A stretch of 64,000 nt of DNA from Amoebidium appalachense (lineage: Eukaryota; Protista; Ichthyosporea), in NCBI GenBank assembly GCA_963693365.1, contig CAVNZM010000007.1, positions 1,721,979-1,785,978 on the forward strand, written 5' to 3'. Each line of letters opens with the position of its first letter. The first letter of the stretch is position 1. The position numbers and the translations under genes are program-made. The notes beneath the pieces were generated by a model, which saw only the letters and a program-made list of their open reading frames with translations, made no database searches and had not been told where the DNA came from. This document shows, piece after piece, positions 22,803 through 42,046 of this stretch.

Positions 22803-23989
22803 TTTTGTGTGTGGTCTTATTGCAGCGCAACCTGTTGCCACTACCCCTAGTATTAGCTTCTGTTTCTTTTTCTCGCACCTATTTATGTGTCTCAGACCGT
22901 TGGTGGCACGGTCAGAAGTCTCGTGCAGCAACTACGAAAACAAGAATAACAGCGCCTAGACATAAACACGAAAAAATCGACAGCATTCACAGGAAAGCAA
23001 ATCCTTCTGAGCCAACTCAATTTTTTACGTGACTGTGACTACATTTGTGTGTCTTCTCTGGCTCGATGGTATACGTACAGTGTGGCTTCGCTAAAAATGG
23101 ATATGTATTATGTATGAATTTATGCCGGGACCTGCACGAATCATTTCGTCGATTACTATACATATGTGCTTTATAGTGGAAACTGCCTTGTATATTAGTG
23201 ACCTGCCAAATGGCTGTGCCCGTTTGTGTATGTTCAACACAACGCATCAAAATTATATGTTTCTGCCACCATGCTCAGCGGCGTTGTAAACTTGCAACCA
23301 CGGCTGTTGCAGTGGCTGGTTGTTGCAGGACTCCGCAGCAGGAGCCTCCTGCTGTACACTACTGTGTCTGGCTGTGACCTGAATGATGATTGGCTCGTCT
23401 GGAAGGAATATAATCTTTCTAAACACTCAAGGTTTGGGGATAACCAAAAAACAAAATGTCTTATCTTTAAAACTAGCTTAGCTAAAACAGTCGATTCAGT
23501 TGTGTATAATAACATTTGCTGACTGTATTGTATTATTTTTGGCTGAGATGTTTGAGTTTTGTAAAAGCTTTGCGATTAGTTTTACATAATGAAACGGTTA
23601 TGAGAAAGCTTAAGCTTTCGTGGGATATTTTTGAAATGTTCGTGCAATTCTGTAAGTTACTTGAGAAGCAGCTCAGGGGGATGAGCTGTAGATATAGTTA
23701 GCCAATGAAACATCTTCTCCAAAATAGTCCACAGATCCAATAGATCCATTGTCAGTGCTCCCAACTTCTCTATAGTACGTATGATATCTACACAGGAGTA
23801 GAGTCGACACTCCGTGCTCTACTGCAAAATATTAAGATAGAGGCTGCCGGAGTGCGTGCGCATGCCGCCACATGAGCACGCAAAAATTATATATGCACAG
23901 TGCAGCGCACGTACGGGTATACACACATCACACTACACCTGTCAGATAGTATCACACACAAACACACGTGCACACAGTATCAACGTTAA

Positions 23990-24298
23990 ACCAACCTAAT
24001 TTAGCGTCTGGGCGGTGAGCATCCATGAGTCACATTTCCCAGACAGCTCTGACCAATCAGTATACGCTATCAATTTGTGTCAAATACCCGAGAGTGGCTT
24101 ATGTCGACATGGGAAAAAGCACGGCCCTCTTTTTCAGAGGGCCGTGGAATTTCGGGAAAAAGGCTGCCCTCAGCCCGGCAAAGTTTCGCGCCATTTTCTG
24201 GGCACCTACATAAACGGCTACGTGGAAATTGTTAACTAAATGACGTCACCAATGTGGCTCACCGCCCAGACGCTAAAATGGTAGATACGAACCTTGCT
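23990..24298. mobile_element. Non-autonomous TIR element (MITE), TTAA-flanked, Kolobok-like; family K1
   Basis: TTAA at 23986-23989 and 24299-24302; perfect 21-bp inverted repeat 24000-24020 / 24257-24277; termini ACCAACC...CCTTGCT. Confidence 0.75.
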
Positions 24299-24677
24299 TT
24301 AACACATGTAGGTGCACACACACACACACACACCATATATATATTTTTTTCTGTCTTTTTGGTGCCTCATAGAGAAAGTAAACCCTGATATATAATCTTC
24401 ACCCGACATCTATGTACGTGATCATGATATACCGCTGAGGGGATTATTCCGAGCAAAAACCCCCCATACCTGAGACTGGTCTCTCTTGGCCTCGAGTAAA
24501 CAGCGTAAACCCCACATATATATAGGACATATGCACACACGCACACGCACATGTGTACACGCACACGCACACACACACACACGTACACAGTGCTCACGCA
24601 CACACACAGTCTTACACCACACACACGCACACACATACACACGTACATATCACACAGCTTACACACACGTGTACACT

Positions 24678-24709
<32 letters not shown>

Positions 24710-25265
24710 TTCTCTCCCTCCCCCCCCCCCCCCCCCTCTCTCTCTCTCCCCCTCCCTCCCGCCCTCCCCCCCCCCTCCCCCCCCCCCCCCTCTCCCTCTC
24801 TCCCTCTCGAGATCTCCTCTCTCAACAGTAACAGAGTCTTCTCTCTCTCTCTGTCCTGCCCGCCTGAATGGATAACGGCTACTTCCAAGAAGCCCACCAA
24901 CGGTGACAACGACTTTTCCTGTTATTTTCGGAGTTCAAAGAATTGGTCATCATTAGCATCCAATGTTTATGGCCATGCGGCGTTTTCCCCACCATCATGA
25001 GAACTAGTACTCTAGATCTGGTGCTTCCAAAACTCCTTGATATGACTTTATACTGACAAGTCCTGCGCGGAAACATATGTACCCAAAACCTTTGAACATG
25101 GCTACCACTAAGAGCACATTTGTAGATAGTTAGACCCCGCCTCACGCAAGTATGTACCTTACCAGGTGTGATTGTGAAGGACATGCCTGCGTGGTTTACG
25201 TGCAAGTTGCATGCACGGTGTTGTAAGTGTGAGGGGAGGAGGAAGAAAGCTACGGCATATATATA

Positions 25266-25318
<53 letters not shown>

Positions 25319-27005
25319 TATATATGGGTGGGCACTTGAGATTGAGACTGAACATGCGGGGCGGAGGAGGGGCTCTTACGGTTAAGAATAAGTGGAAAGC
25401 TCGCTGCAGGTGGCACGCATAACGATAGAGAAAAAGTGAGCTTTCTACCCTTACAAAACTGAATATGTGGGTATAGAAGGGGTCCACTCTCTCCATATGT
25501 GCGTTGCCTCGTCAGAGAAATAAAGATGTTTATTAATGTTGTAACAACAGCCGACAAGTTGTGAAGCACCATGAAAAGGCTACGTGCGCATGCTGTTCTC
25601 CCCGATGTTCTCTCCTATGTTCTCAGAGTCACTTGTTTCAAGTTGTTTCACTTAGAGTTGGTCGAAGTGTTATTCAAAGTGTATGACATCACAGGTTTAA
25701 CATCAGACTCTACAGATTTAAACTCGCAACAATATTTAAAATCAATTATTGATTAGGTATCAAACTTACAGCTGTTTATCTCCTTTTCTGGTATTGGCGT
25801 TTCCAGGTAACCGGTACTCGCTTTGATACACTAATGTAAAGGGCTTCAAGGCTTTTTTTTTCATGTTTCACTTTGTACTCAGTGGAAATCTTCTAATTAT
25901 ATGTGCCATCGAATAGTCAGTTTACTTCAAGGCCTCCGATAAGTAAACAGTTTACTTTTACGTACAGACCACCCGGATTCTATTTTTTACAACAACGCTC
26001 CTCAGTGACTCTCATACGCTGTAAACCTTCTCCCCTTCTTTGTCCATTAAAGAAAAAAAGAAATTTTAGAAATTTGTGCTACCCTGTTAAGGTCTCCCGT
26101 TGTTCCGAATTTGCTGCAGGTTATCGGTCATACAACACACCAAGTAATAATTCCTTACGTGGTACTTCTCCCTTATGAAAGCAGCAAGGTAAGTGAAATA
26201 GACATCAGAGACAACAGAATAAATTCACCGACGTTGATTTTTCTTGCTTCAAGTCTGAGTTGCATTCATTGGTGGTGGCATGATAGTCAAAAGAGAAGCA
26301 AATGGATAGATTAGAGAATACACATACCACAGAAATATTTTTATCCTTCCATTTTCGTCCCTTTCCACCGACCCACCCATTCACTGCCATGTGTCTATGG
26401 GCAAGGGCGTGTGTGAACCTTTGGCGGTAGGGGTTTCATGAAGACTCTGCACACAAAGGAAGCGTCCGGAGAATTTGATGCATAGTATAAGACAGAGAAG
26501 CAATGAAGATGTCTAGGAGCTTTAGTGCTTTTGTTCAGAAAGGGAAACAATAAAAAGTCTTGTAGCCAGATGCCTAGTGTGCTACCCTTGCAAATGGCCT
26601 CTTCTCCCCCCCCCCTCCCCTCCCCCCCTCACACCCCACCCACCCAGCCACCCAGCTAACACCTGTTACCCTACCGTTTCCACGCCACACACACAGACAG
26701 ACAGACGAACACACCCACACACACACACACGCAGACACAAAGAGAGTGAGTGATACCTATATATTCGGCATATGCCTAAGCGGGTGCAGCTATGCAATCA
26801 AGTAGGAACACCGTCACTCACAGGCAAACACATCAGAGCCATTCACACCTGCACACAAACTTGCAATAAAGCATACGCACACAGAGGCACACACGCCGTT
26901 TCGAAAATTGATCTACCAGGATACAGATACGCATAGCACACCCGCCATCTCTGTTTGATTTCTCGCAACTCCATTAGGAGCATTTTCTAACTTGGGCTGG
27001 AGCAG

Positions 27006-32744
<5,739 letters not shown>

Positions 32745-33433
32745 TTTCTGCTTGTGTGCACACGTGTGTGTATGCTCCGTGTGTGCACGTGTGTAAGGGC
32801 TCGATGTGTGCACGTGTCGGGGCATGCTTTTTCATGCAATTGAGATGCCCCCATCTGATAAAGACTTGAGCCTGGCAGAGAGAATGCATGGTAAGGGAGG
32901 GGGGCTCGTGTGTTTGTTGTGTGTTAGATGAGTACAAGTGTGTTGATGTGGCATTAGGAAAAGAGTTTCTTATCCTAGCCTTTCTTTCTTTTTTTCGGAA
33001 AGGGGGGGAGGGGGGGGGGAGGTAATGCCTGAAATGTACATATAGATTTTGGGTTTTTATCTTTTATCTTTTTTCTTTCTCCCCGTGTTTGGTGGTGATG
33101 CTGTGTCTGTGTGCTTGTGTGTGTGGGGGGGAGGGGGAAGAGGCGGGGGGGGGGGGGAGGGGGGGGGGGAGGGGGGGGGGGAGGGGGTGGGGGGGCTGTT
33201 CCAATTAGGACCATTTTTCAATCTTAGTGATCAGAAAACAACAAAATCCGGGAAAGTGTAGATATCTCAGATGTCATTCATCTCTCGTGTCATGTAAATA
33301 GCGTATATAAATATGGCAGGTCCATAAATAAATCTGGCATTGTTTATCCACCAAATATAAATTCTCGGATGGACGTATATGTGGCTAGATCTCGCATTCA
33401 CCAAAGCGCTCTGTAGCACATATGTACATGAAA

Positions 33434-33521
<88 letters not shown>

Positions 33522-33795
33522 ACGCACGCACGCGCGCGCGCGGGGGCACACATACACACACACACGTGCGCACGCGCGCGCGCGCGCACACACACACACA
33601 CACACGAACACGAGCATGCCCGCGATATGGATGTGCATGCTTGGGCTGGCGTTAGCTGCACCTGTTAGGGAAGCTTTTGTGTGTATGACACAGTTTACGT
33701 GTGTTTGTGCACGTGTGACACTTAGCACGTGTTTGGATTTTCTTTCTTGCCTTTTGTTTCCTTTTCTGTTCTTTTCTTTTTCTTTTTTTTTTTGG

Positions 33796-33834
<39 letters not shown>

Positions 33835-33849
33835 GTGTGTGTGTGTATG

Positions 33850-33902
<53 letters not shown>

Positions 33903-34189
33903 AGTAGCTGTTGTCCGACTGTTCAGCTCTTAGCAGATTCTAGTTGACCTTCGTCAGGACAACCAACACTGACCGGCAGTGTCATTTTAAATTTCACTTA
34001 AAATAATTATTTCATTAGTATGCCGGTCATCGCTCAACTTTAATCTGGAACCATCATTGGACGCAATGCAAGTCCTCAATGCTGACATCCCTGGCAGCCA
34101 AAATCAAATGAGGTCTCAAAGGGGGTTTCTTTTAGGTTTCCGGGTCGGGTCGAGAAACCTACATACAGGCAACACTCTCTGTAACCGAC

Positions 34190-34238
<49 letters not shown>

Positions 34239-34486
34239 AAAAAAACAAAAAACAAAAAAAAACAAAAAGAAAAAAAACACACACACACGCATGCACGTGT
34301 GCACGCGAGCACACACCACACCGTCAACATCCATCCATCACCACATCCCCTGTATTGATCCGCATATCGCATAGATTAAATGTGAAAAGTATGTATATCT
34401 CTCAACCCAACACCCTCGATATATTTTTTTCACAAAACGATAAAAAAGTAGGAATATATATGTACAGTTATAACTTACTGAGTGCG

Positions 34487-34522
<36 letters not shown>

Positions 34523-34712
34523 AAGAACAAAAGTTTCATAATCACTATTGCTTTTGTTCTGTCTTTTGCTGTTGCTGTGTTTTTTCCTGTGTGCTCTCAT
34601 AGAGCTTTGCCAACCCCTTTGCCTTCGTGTGCATCTCATATTCCCTCATCTTGTGTGCAAGAAGTAGCGCCTCCTCTCGGCCCTTCTCCATGCGGTAACG
34701 GCAGTACTCCCT

Positions 34713-34772
<60 letters not shown>

Positions 34773-35102
34773 GGGGGGAGGGAGGGGGGAGGGGAGGGGT
34801 ATGTGAGTGAGTGGGTTGGTGGGTGGGTCGGTGTGTGTATGCGTGTGCATGTGTGTGTGTGTGTTTGTGTGTGTGTGGGGGGGGGGGGGGGGGGAGAGGA
34901 GGGGGGGCAGAAAGGTGTGCGTGTGTGTGTGTGTGTGTGTAATTTTGTGTGTGTTTAATGGTGTGTGTGTGGGGGGGTCGATCGGTGGGTGGCGGCGTGT
35001 GTGTGTTTTGGGGGGGAGGGGCGAGGGGGGGTGAGCGTGTAAATGTGTTGGTGTGAGTGTGAGTGTGAGTGTAAGCGAGTGAGTGAGTAAGTGAGTGAGT
35101 GT

Positions 35103-35164
<62 letters not shown>

Positions 35165-35372
35165 ATGTGCGTGTGCATGTGTGATGTGCGTGTGCATGTG
35201 TGTGTTCTTGTGTGTGTGCGCGCGTGTACGGGTACAAGTGTGTTTGAGAGCACACGTGTGTTTGTGCTGTGTGTACGTCAGCGCGCGCGCGCACGTGTGT
35301 GCATGTGTGTAAGTGTGAGCAAGGGTCTCTCTGTAGTAACACTATATAGGTGGATGCACGTGTGTGTGTGCT

Positions 35373-35405
<33 letters not shown>

Positions 35406-35467
35406 AGACCCGTAAAAGCTGCCCTTAAACAAAAAGAAAGAAATAATTCGGGCCCAGACAGTCGGTT

Positions 35468-35498
<31 letters not shown>

Positions 35499-35500
35499 GG

Positions 35501-35538
<38 letters not shown>

Positions 35539-36204
35539 AATGCATTCAAGGGTGACAAAACATGGAAGCAAAAGACAGCCAAAAACCGAGGGGAACAAAA
35601 AAGGAAAAAAATACAAAAAAAAAATACGAGCCAAAATGACTGTGCCAGGAGGAGGGCTGGTTGGGTGGGTGTGGGTGTGGGGGGGGGGGGGGGGGGAGGG
35701 GGAGGAAGGGGGGAGGCAAACCATGAACCAGTAGAGAGAAGGGCAAAAGAAATTACGGCAAAGTTGCAGGCACTCAGCACATTGCCTGTAGGGGGTGTAG
35801 TCAGTATTTTGCATTACGGTTCATCATCAACAACCCGTCCATTGCTGCCTCCCCCCCCCCCCCCCCCCCCCCCCCCCTCCCCAAAAAAAAAACAAAAACA
35901 AAAACAAAAAAAAACCACCCCCTTTCCCCCTTGCAGATGCACATGCACACACACCACCACCACCACCACCACACATACATAAACCAAATAGAAAGGTGGG
36001 GGTGGGGGGACACTGAGAGGATAGTGGAGAGAGGGGGGTTGGGGGGGGGGGCAAAAGCGAGAGATGAAAGAAGGTGGGGGGAGAGGGGGGGGGGGGGACC
36101 GGGGGAGGGTGAGTCAGGGGTGACAACCCTGTACCTTAAATTACATCGTGAGAAAAAAATAAATATATATTCCATCCCCAATAACACGGACACTTGTCGT
36201 TCCA

Positions 36205-36247
<43 letters not shown>

Positions 36248-37017
36248 CCGCCTCAAATTCCCCCCCATTCACTCGCCCCTCCCCCTTTTCTTTCTGAAAC
36301 AATTACTTCCTGCCATTTATTTTTTCTAGCTTAGTACCCAAGTTTGTTACCATAGCAAGGTCATCTCTTCTTGGCACAAAACCAACCAGCCACAGAAGCC
36401 CCCCCCCCCCCCCCCCCCTCCCTCCCCCCCCTCCCCCCAACTCACAACTACCACCGCCCACACGATACACAACCACATACAGGGGCACACCCCACCCCCA
36501 CCCCTCACGCCTCCGCCCAATTTCTCCTTTTCTCCCTTCACCCTAAAAGGCCACTTACCCTTAACGAGAAAACGTGAAACGCCGATGACTGTGCCCCCCC
36601 CCGATACCAGCCAGAAGCCCTTCTCGTGCACACGGCGTCTTTTTCACATAGTCGGGCAACCTCTGTGTGCAACATGCCACGAACATGTGTTAGATCAATT
36701 GCCGTGCTTTTAGTGGTATAGACTTGAGTACCTCAACAGGCAGAACAGGTGTCCCGTGCATAAAAGTGGGATAAAGAGGGAACAATTGGAACGTAGAGTG
36801 AGAAAAAAAGTAGGGACGTGGACTCCCGCACAACGAAGAGCGAGAGAAGCCCCCAGGCAAAGCGAGATAAGGATCAGTGTAACAACAACAGAGAATGAGA
36901 GAAAAGGGGAGGGGGGAGAGAGAGAGAGAGAGAGAGAAAATGGGGGGAGAGGGGGTGGGGGGGGGGGGGGGGGCAGAGGGGAGAGAGAGGGGGGGGGGGG
37001 AGGGGGAGAGAGAGGGA

Positions 37018-37076
<59 letters not shown>

Positions 37077-37397
37077 AGGGAGGAAGGGAGGGAGGGAGGA
37101 AGGGAGGGAGGGAGGGAGGGGGGAGACAGGGAGGGAGGGAGAGCGAGAGAGCCAGGCACAAAGTACAAACACGCAAGTACAACAAAACACACATTTATAT
37201 GCCAGTCAAAAGGGTTTTGCACGTTCTGAGCGTCTAAGAAAAAGAGAGCACCCTTCAAACTCGATGTGTTGCGTTAGTGTTTAAGAACCACCCCCGTCTC
37301 CTCCCCTCTCCTCCCCGTCTCCGATAGCCCCCCCCCACCCCCCCTCCCCCATCACCACACCACCACACGCGCATGCGCAAGCGCACAGACACATACA

Positions 37398-37449
<52 letters not shown>

Positions 37450-38259
37450 TCATACACACACACATACAAACTCTCTCTCCCTCTCCCTCTCCACCCCCCA
37501 CCCCCACCCCCCCTCGCTCCCCTCCCTCCTTCCCTCCCTCCCTCCCTCTACCCACCCCTCCCGCCGCCCACCCCCCTCGCTCTTCTTTCCCGTAAAAACC
37601 ACTAGGCTCATCTCATTCAACCAACATCACCAGACTTCTCCCGTATGTCTCGAGCCAGCCCTAGATCCCAACTCCTTCAAACCCAACACGTACAAGCACT
37701 TCTCAATCTTCCAATTTCAGCCTCAGCAAGACCCTCCTGACTGCCACGCCACCACCCACTACAATCACTCTCAATTAGAGGAAATGATGCTGCGTGCCAC
37801 ATTACCTTAACACCCTCGTAAAACTTCACAGCCTCTTTTTTGATATCCTCCATGGTGAAGCTTCAGCCAAGTTCAAATTCCTTTCCTAAACAAGTTTGCT
37901 GTCTTTCAAGGCACACATGCACTCGCTGAGACTCGCTCAACAATACGGTCTCCTTGTTGATAAGCGACCGGGCTTTATGCAATTTCCTTTTAGTGGCTGT
38001 GAGGTGGAAGCGCATCAAAAAGGGCAAACTGCAAACATCACTCCAACCCAACAAAAATAAGCACCCCTCGCCTCACGTCCACGTCGGTCATGAACACTTG
38101 CAATGGTGCCACGGAACACGGCGCGTTGCATGCATGAGGCTCACAGCTCTGAAATGTTACTGATGCGATGCGATAAGAGGTTACATATTGGGCACGGCCA
38201 TCTAGAGACTCGTGATATTGGGCCATGCGTAATCGGGATTATCGGGAACATCGGGTGCG

Positions 38260-38715
38260 ATTCGATTGGTCCACCAGGAATCTAGGGAGATCTACGGATA
38301 ACCAGCATATGCACGCGATTGGCTGGAGATAGCGGAATCGGTTTGGGTTTCGCCCAAATACGGTTATTCGGCTTCGCCTGCTTTTGGCGGACATTTTGTG
38401 CGCACGCGCCGATTCGAAAGATCGAAAACGGCCTGAGCGCGCGCGCGTCACGATCAGCTATTGTAGCTGCTCAGTGTCTGTGAAAAACGGCAAAAACGGA
38501 AAAACGAAAAAATTGCCAAGTTTTTTCTTGTGCTTTATAGAGCATTTCCATTTTCGGTACACTAAAACACTGCTATACACACGCAGTATAATTTCCTAAT
38601 GGCAAGATAGTTCCCTTTTTTCTGCGTTTTGCTTGCGTTCAAGTGCCTCGCTTTGCGGACGTTTGACGAAGAGTTGCTTGACTGAAAAGCAGAGACACCT
38701 TCATATATGGTAAGG
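38260..38715 (+). promoter_or_regulatory. Probable PP4R3 promoter and non-coding first exon
   Basis: Microsatellite-free CpG-rich stretch with ATTGG boxes near 38265 and 38318; donor-like G|GTAAGG at 38710 upstream of the ATG-containing exon. Confidence 0.35.
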
Positions 38716-39195
38716 CTCCATACAGGCTTATGATCTCCGTTGGAAAAGTTGAGGCTGCTATAATAGGCAGATTTTTAGGGTGCACAGAGTGAAGGCGCAA
38801 ATGTTTGTTCGTTTTTTTTTTTGACTTCTGGCTGCCACCTTACACATTTTTCCTTGGCCAACATGTTTTGACAAAGGCGTCTCAATAAACTCAGATTCGT
38901 ACCGATGAAACCGAAGTTCTACATATTTTGCTCCATATAGGCATAATACTATTCATATAACCACGTGTGCTCTTTACTGACTATGCCAGCTCTCGCTCGT
39001 CACCAAGCTAGGTCTTTTCTTTATCCCGCATTCTCCTTGATCACTTTTACATCGCCAGTCGTGCCCTTGCTACTGAACCATCTTTCCATGTGTTGGTTTT
39101 TTGCTGCTGGAAGCTGACACAAAACTTCAGTTCCAGATACACGCCTGCCTGTTGGCACACCACTCAATTTGCGGCTGTGAGCCGCACAAACAAAC

Positions 39196-41707
39196 ATGGC
39201 GGCTGCCGGGGAGGCAGGGGGGTCACAGTCACAGACACGTTTTCGTGTCAAGGTGTACGAATTGGACAAAGATTGCCAGTGGCTAGATAGGGGATGTGGC
39301 CACGTAGCACTCGTTAACATGCAACTTCACGGTGGGCGGACTATCGTTGTGAGATCAGAGGAAGATGGAACGGCGTTGCTGGAGTCGAAGTTGCAGTGCG
39401 ATGAAGACGTGTATAAACGGCAACATGATACTCTCATCGTTTGGGAAGAACCGGATTGTGACACGGAACTAGCGCTAAGTTTCCAGGAAAAGGAAGGGTG
39501 CGAAGAGGTATGGGCTAAGATGCAGGACTGGATATCGACGGAAAAGGCGGAAGGGAGAAAAAAATAAGAGATCGGCAGATGACAAGGAGGAAGATGAGGA
39601 GGAGGAAGAAGAAGGGGGAGAGGGCGGAGATGAAAACGGAACGAAACGTAAAAAGAGACGGAAGAAGGAGGAGGAAGAAGAGAAACAGGTGTTGACCATC
39701 ATCGTTAACAACTCAGGCCCCGCGAAGAAATTTGTAAATGGAATAGTTGAAGACCCCGACGAAGATGCGGCGGACCTGTTGCCATTGCCAGAACCGACGT
39801 CCGAAAAACTTGAAGAATTGGCGCAGATTATAGAGGCCACGCCAATGTACCTACGGGAGAAGCTAGCAAACACGATCGTAGCAAACGAGTACATGCAAAA
39901 AATTGGTACAAATATTCCATAAGGCGGAAGAGGAACAGAACAAAGCGGAACTTACACCGCTGTTCAACATCTTCAAGGTAGCGTAGTTGTGTTGCTTCGT
40001 TGCACACACATGCTTGACTCCACACATAAAAGATGCTCATGTACATGACACATACACGCGCTCACACACATTCAGCACGTGCACCGATGCTCCACACATA
40101 GACACATACGCACGGATGCACACATGCAGACACACACGTACACACACATACACACATGCACACACACACACACACATGCTGACGTGCACACGCACACACA
40201 CACGCACACACACACACACACTCACCTACATGCATGCACACACACAGCAACACCTACGCCCTCACAGTGAGAGGGGAACATGCTGGCATGCACACCCACA
40301 CACACCTGCACTTGTGGTACTCCGGCCCGGCAAATCCTTCTCATCTTTCTCAGCACACACATGCACACGTGTGCACGCACGCACATGCACACACACACAC
40401 GCACACATGCACACTATGTAACAGTGTACAGCACGGTGTGTGTATGGATGCTCCAAGATACCCACACGGACATGCTCATACACACGGACACACATGTGGG
40501 TGCGCGCACACACGCACGAACATAAACACAGAAACATACACGTTGTGTAGCCACGTACACTGGAGCACACGAGAACACATGCACATGCATATGCACATGC
40601 CTGCACATACACACCCATTTACATGTGGCTCTTCCGCTCGTCCTGCCCGTGTGCACGTAAGCATACACATGAACATAAACAGGAACATGCAGATACACAT
40701 TTACTGACACGCATGAGCACACACGGCACACACACACACACACACACACAGACACACACACAGAACACATGTTACCCACACGCGCAAGCGAACACACATC
40801 TTTCGAGTTCTTCTAGTTCTCATCCCCCCCTTCCTCCCCCAACACACACACACATATACGCACGTTCACCATGGCACACACATATACACACACACACACA
40901 TGCACAAACGTACACACACGTACACACAACACACACACATCATACACACATTCGCACACACGCGCGCGCGCGCACACACACACACACACAGTAAGAGAGA
41001 GAGAGAGACAGGACATACACAAAACACACCTAACAACACACTCACGCACACACACACGCACACACATACACATGTACACGCCCACACATATATGCCCCCC
41101 CCCCCCCCCCCCCCACACACACACACGTATATACACAGAGCCTGGTTCTTCTCCAGGAGAGCAGTATCATCGAGGTGATAGTCGACAAGGGCATCCTACT
41201 CGACGTGATAGGGGTTCTGGAGTACGATCCAGACACCCCCGACCGCCAGAAACACCGCGAATTCATCTCCACCCGCGCCACGTTTAAAGAGGTCATCCCG
41301 GTCGACAACGAAGCGTTAAAGGAGAAGATCCACACCACCTACCGCCTGCAGTACATGAAGGACGTGATCCTGCCCAGGTTGATCGAGGACCCGACGAGCA
41401 ACACTTTAACGTCGTTCATTTTCTTTAACAACATTGAGATTGTGCAGGCTCTTCAGCAGGACAAGGCGTTTATGATCAAACTGTTTGATCAGCTGGCAGA
41501 CGAAGAAACATCGGGGGAAGGTCGGAGGGACGTGCTCTTGTTTCTGAGGGAGTTCTGTGGGCTTGCTAAGAGCTTGCAGCTAGGTGCGCGGATGCAGTTC
41601 TATAAGGTGTGTGTGTGTGTGTGTGTGTCTGTGTGTGTCTTTTGTCTGTGTCTGTGTTTGGGGGGGGGGGGGGGGGAGGAAGGGGGGGAGGGGGGAAGGG
41701 AAGGTGG

Positions 41708-41743
<36 letters not shown>

Positions 41744-42005
41744 CTTAATGTGCGTGCTTTCTGCTTACGTTCCATGCTTGAACATGTACATGTGTACACT
41801 TGCTGATTCTTTATGCGTGTACACGTGCGTTCGTTCCTGTGCTTGTGTCAACTCGTGCCTGTATGCATGTGCGGACGTATGCGTGTGCTGGTTCGTGCTT
41901 GCCAGCACGTGTGTGCGTGCGGCACAGTTTTGCGTGTGCGCTCCCGCTCTTTAGTGTGTGTGTTCCTGTGCATGTGGATAACGGTTTAATGCTTGTGCGT
42001 GTGTG

Positions 42006-42046
<41 letters not shown>

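Noticed and set aside
23226-23701. AT-rich ORFs upstream of GT47, and 25571-25756
   Set aside because: Short, with no recognisable motif or splice-supported continuation; they could be decayed TE or viral DNA, but this cannot be supported from sequence alone.
39551-39570. Euplotes-type programmed +1 frameshifting as a genome-wide system
   Set aside because: Only one of three shifts has AAA-TAR. Conservation places the other two at homopolymer runs upstream of the stop, consistent with sequencing error.
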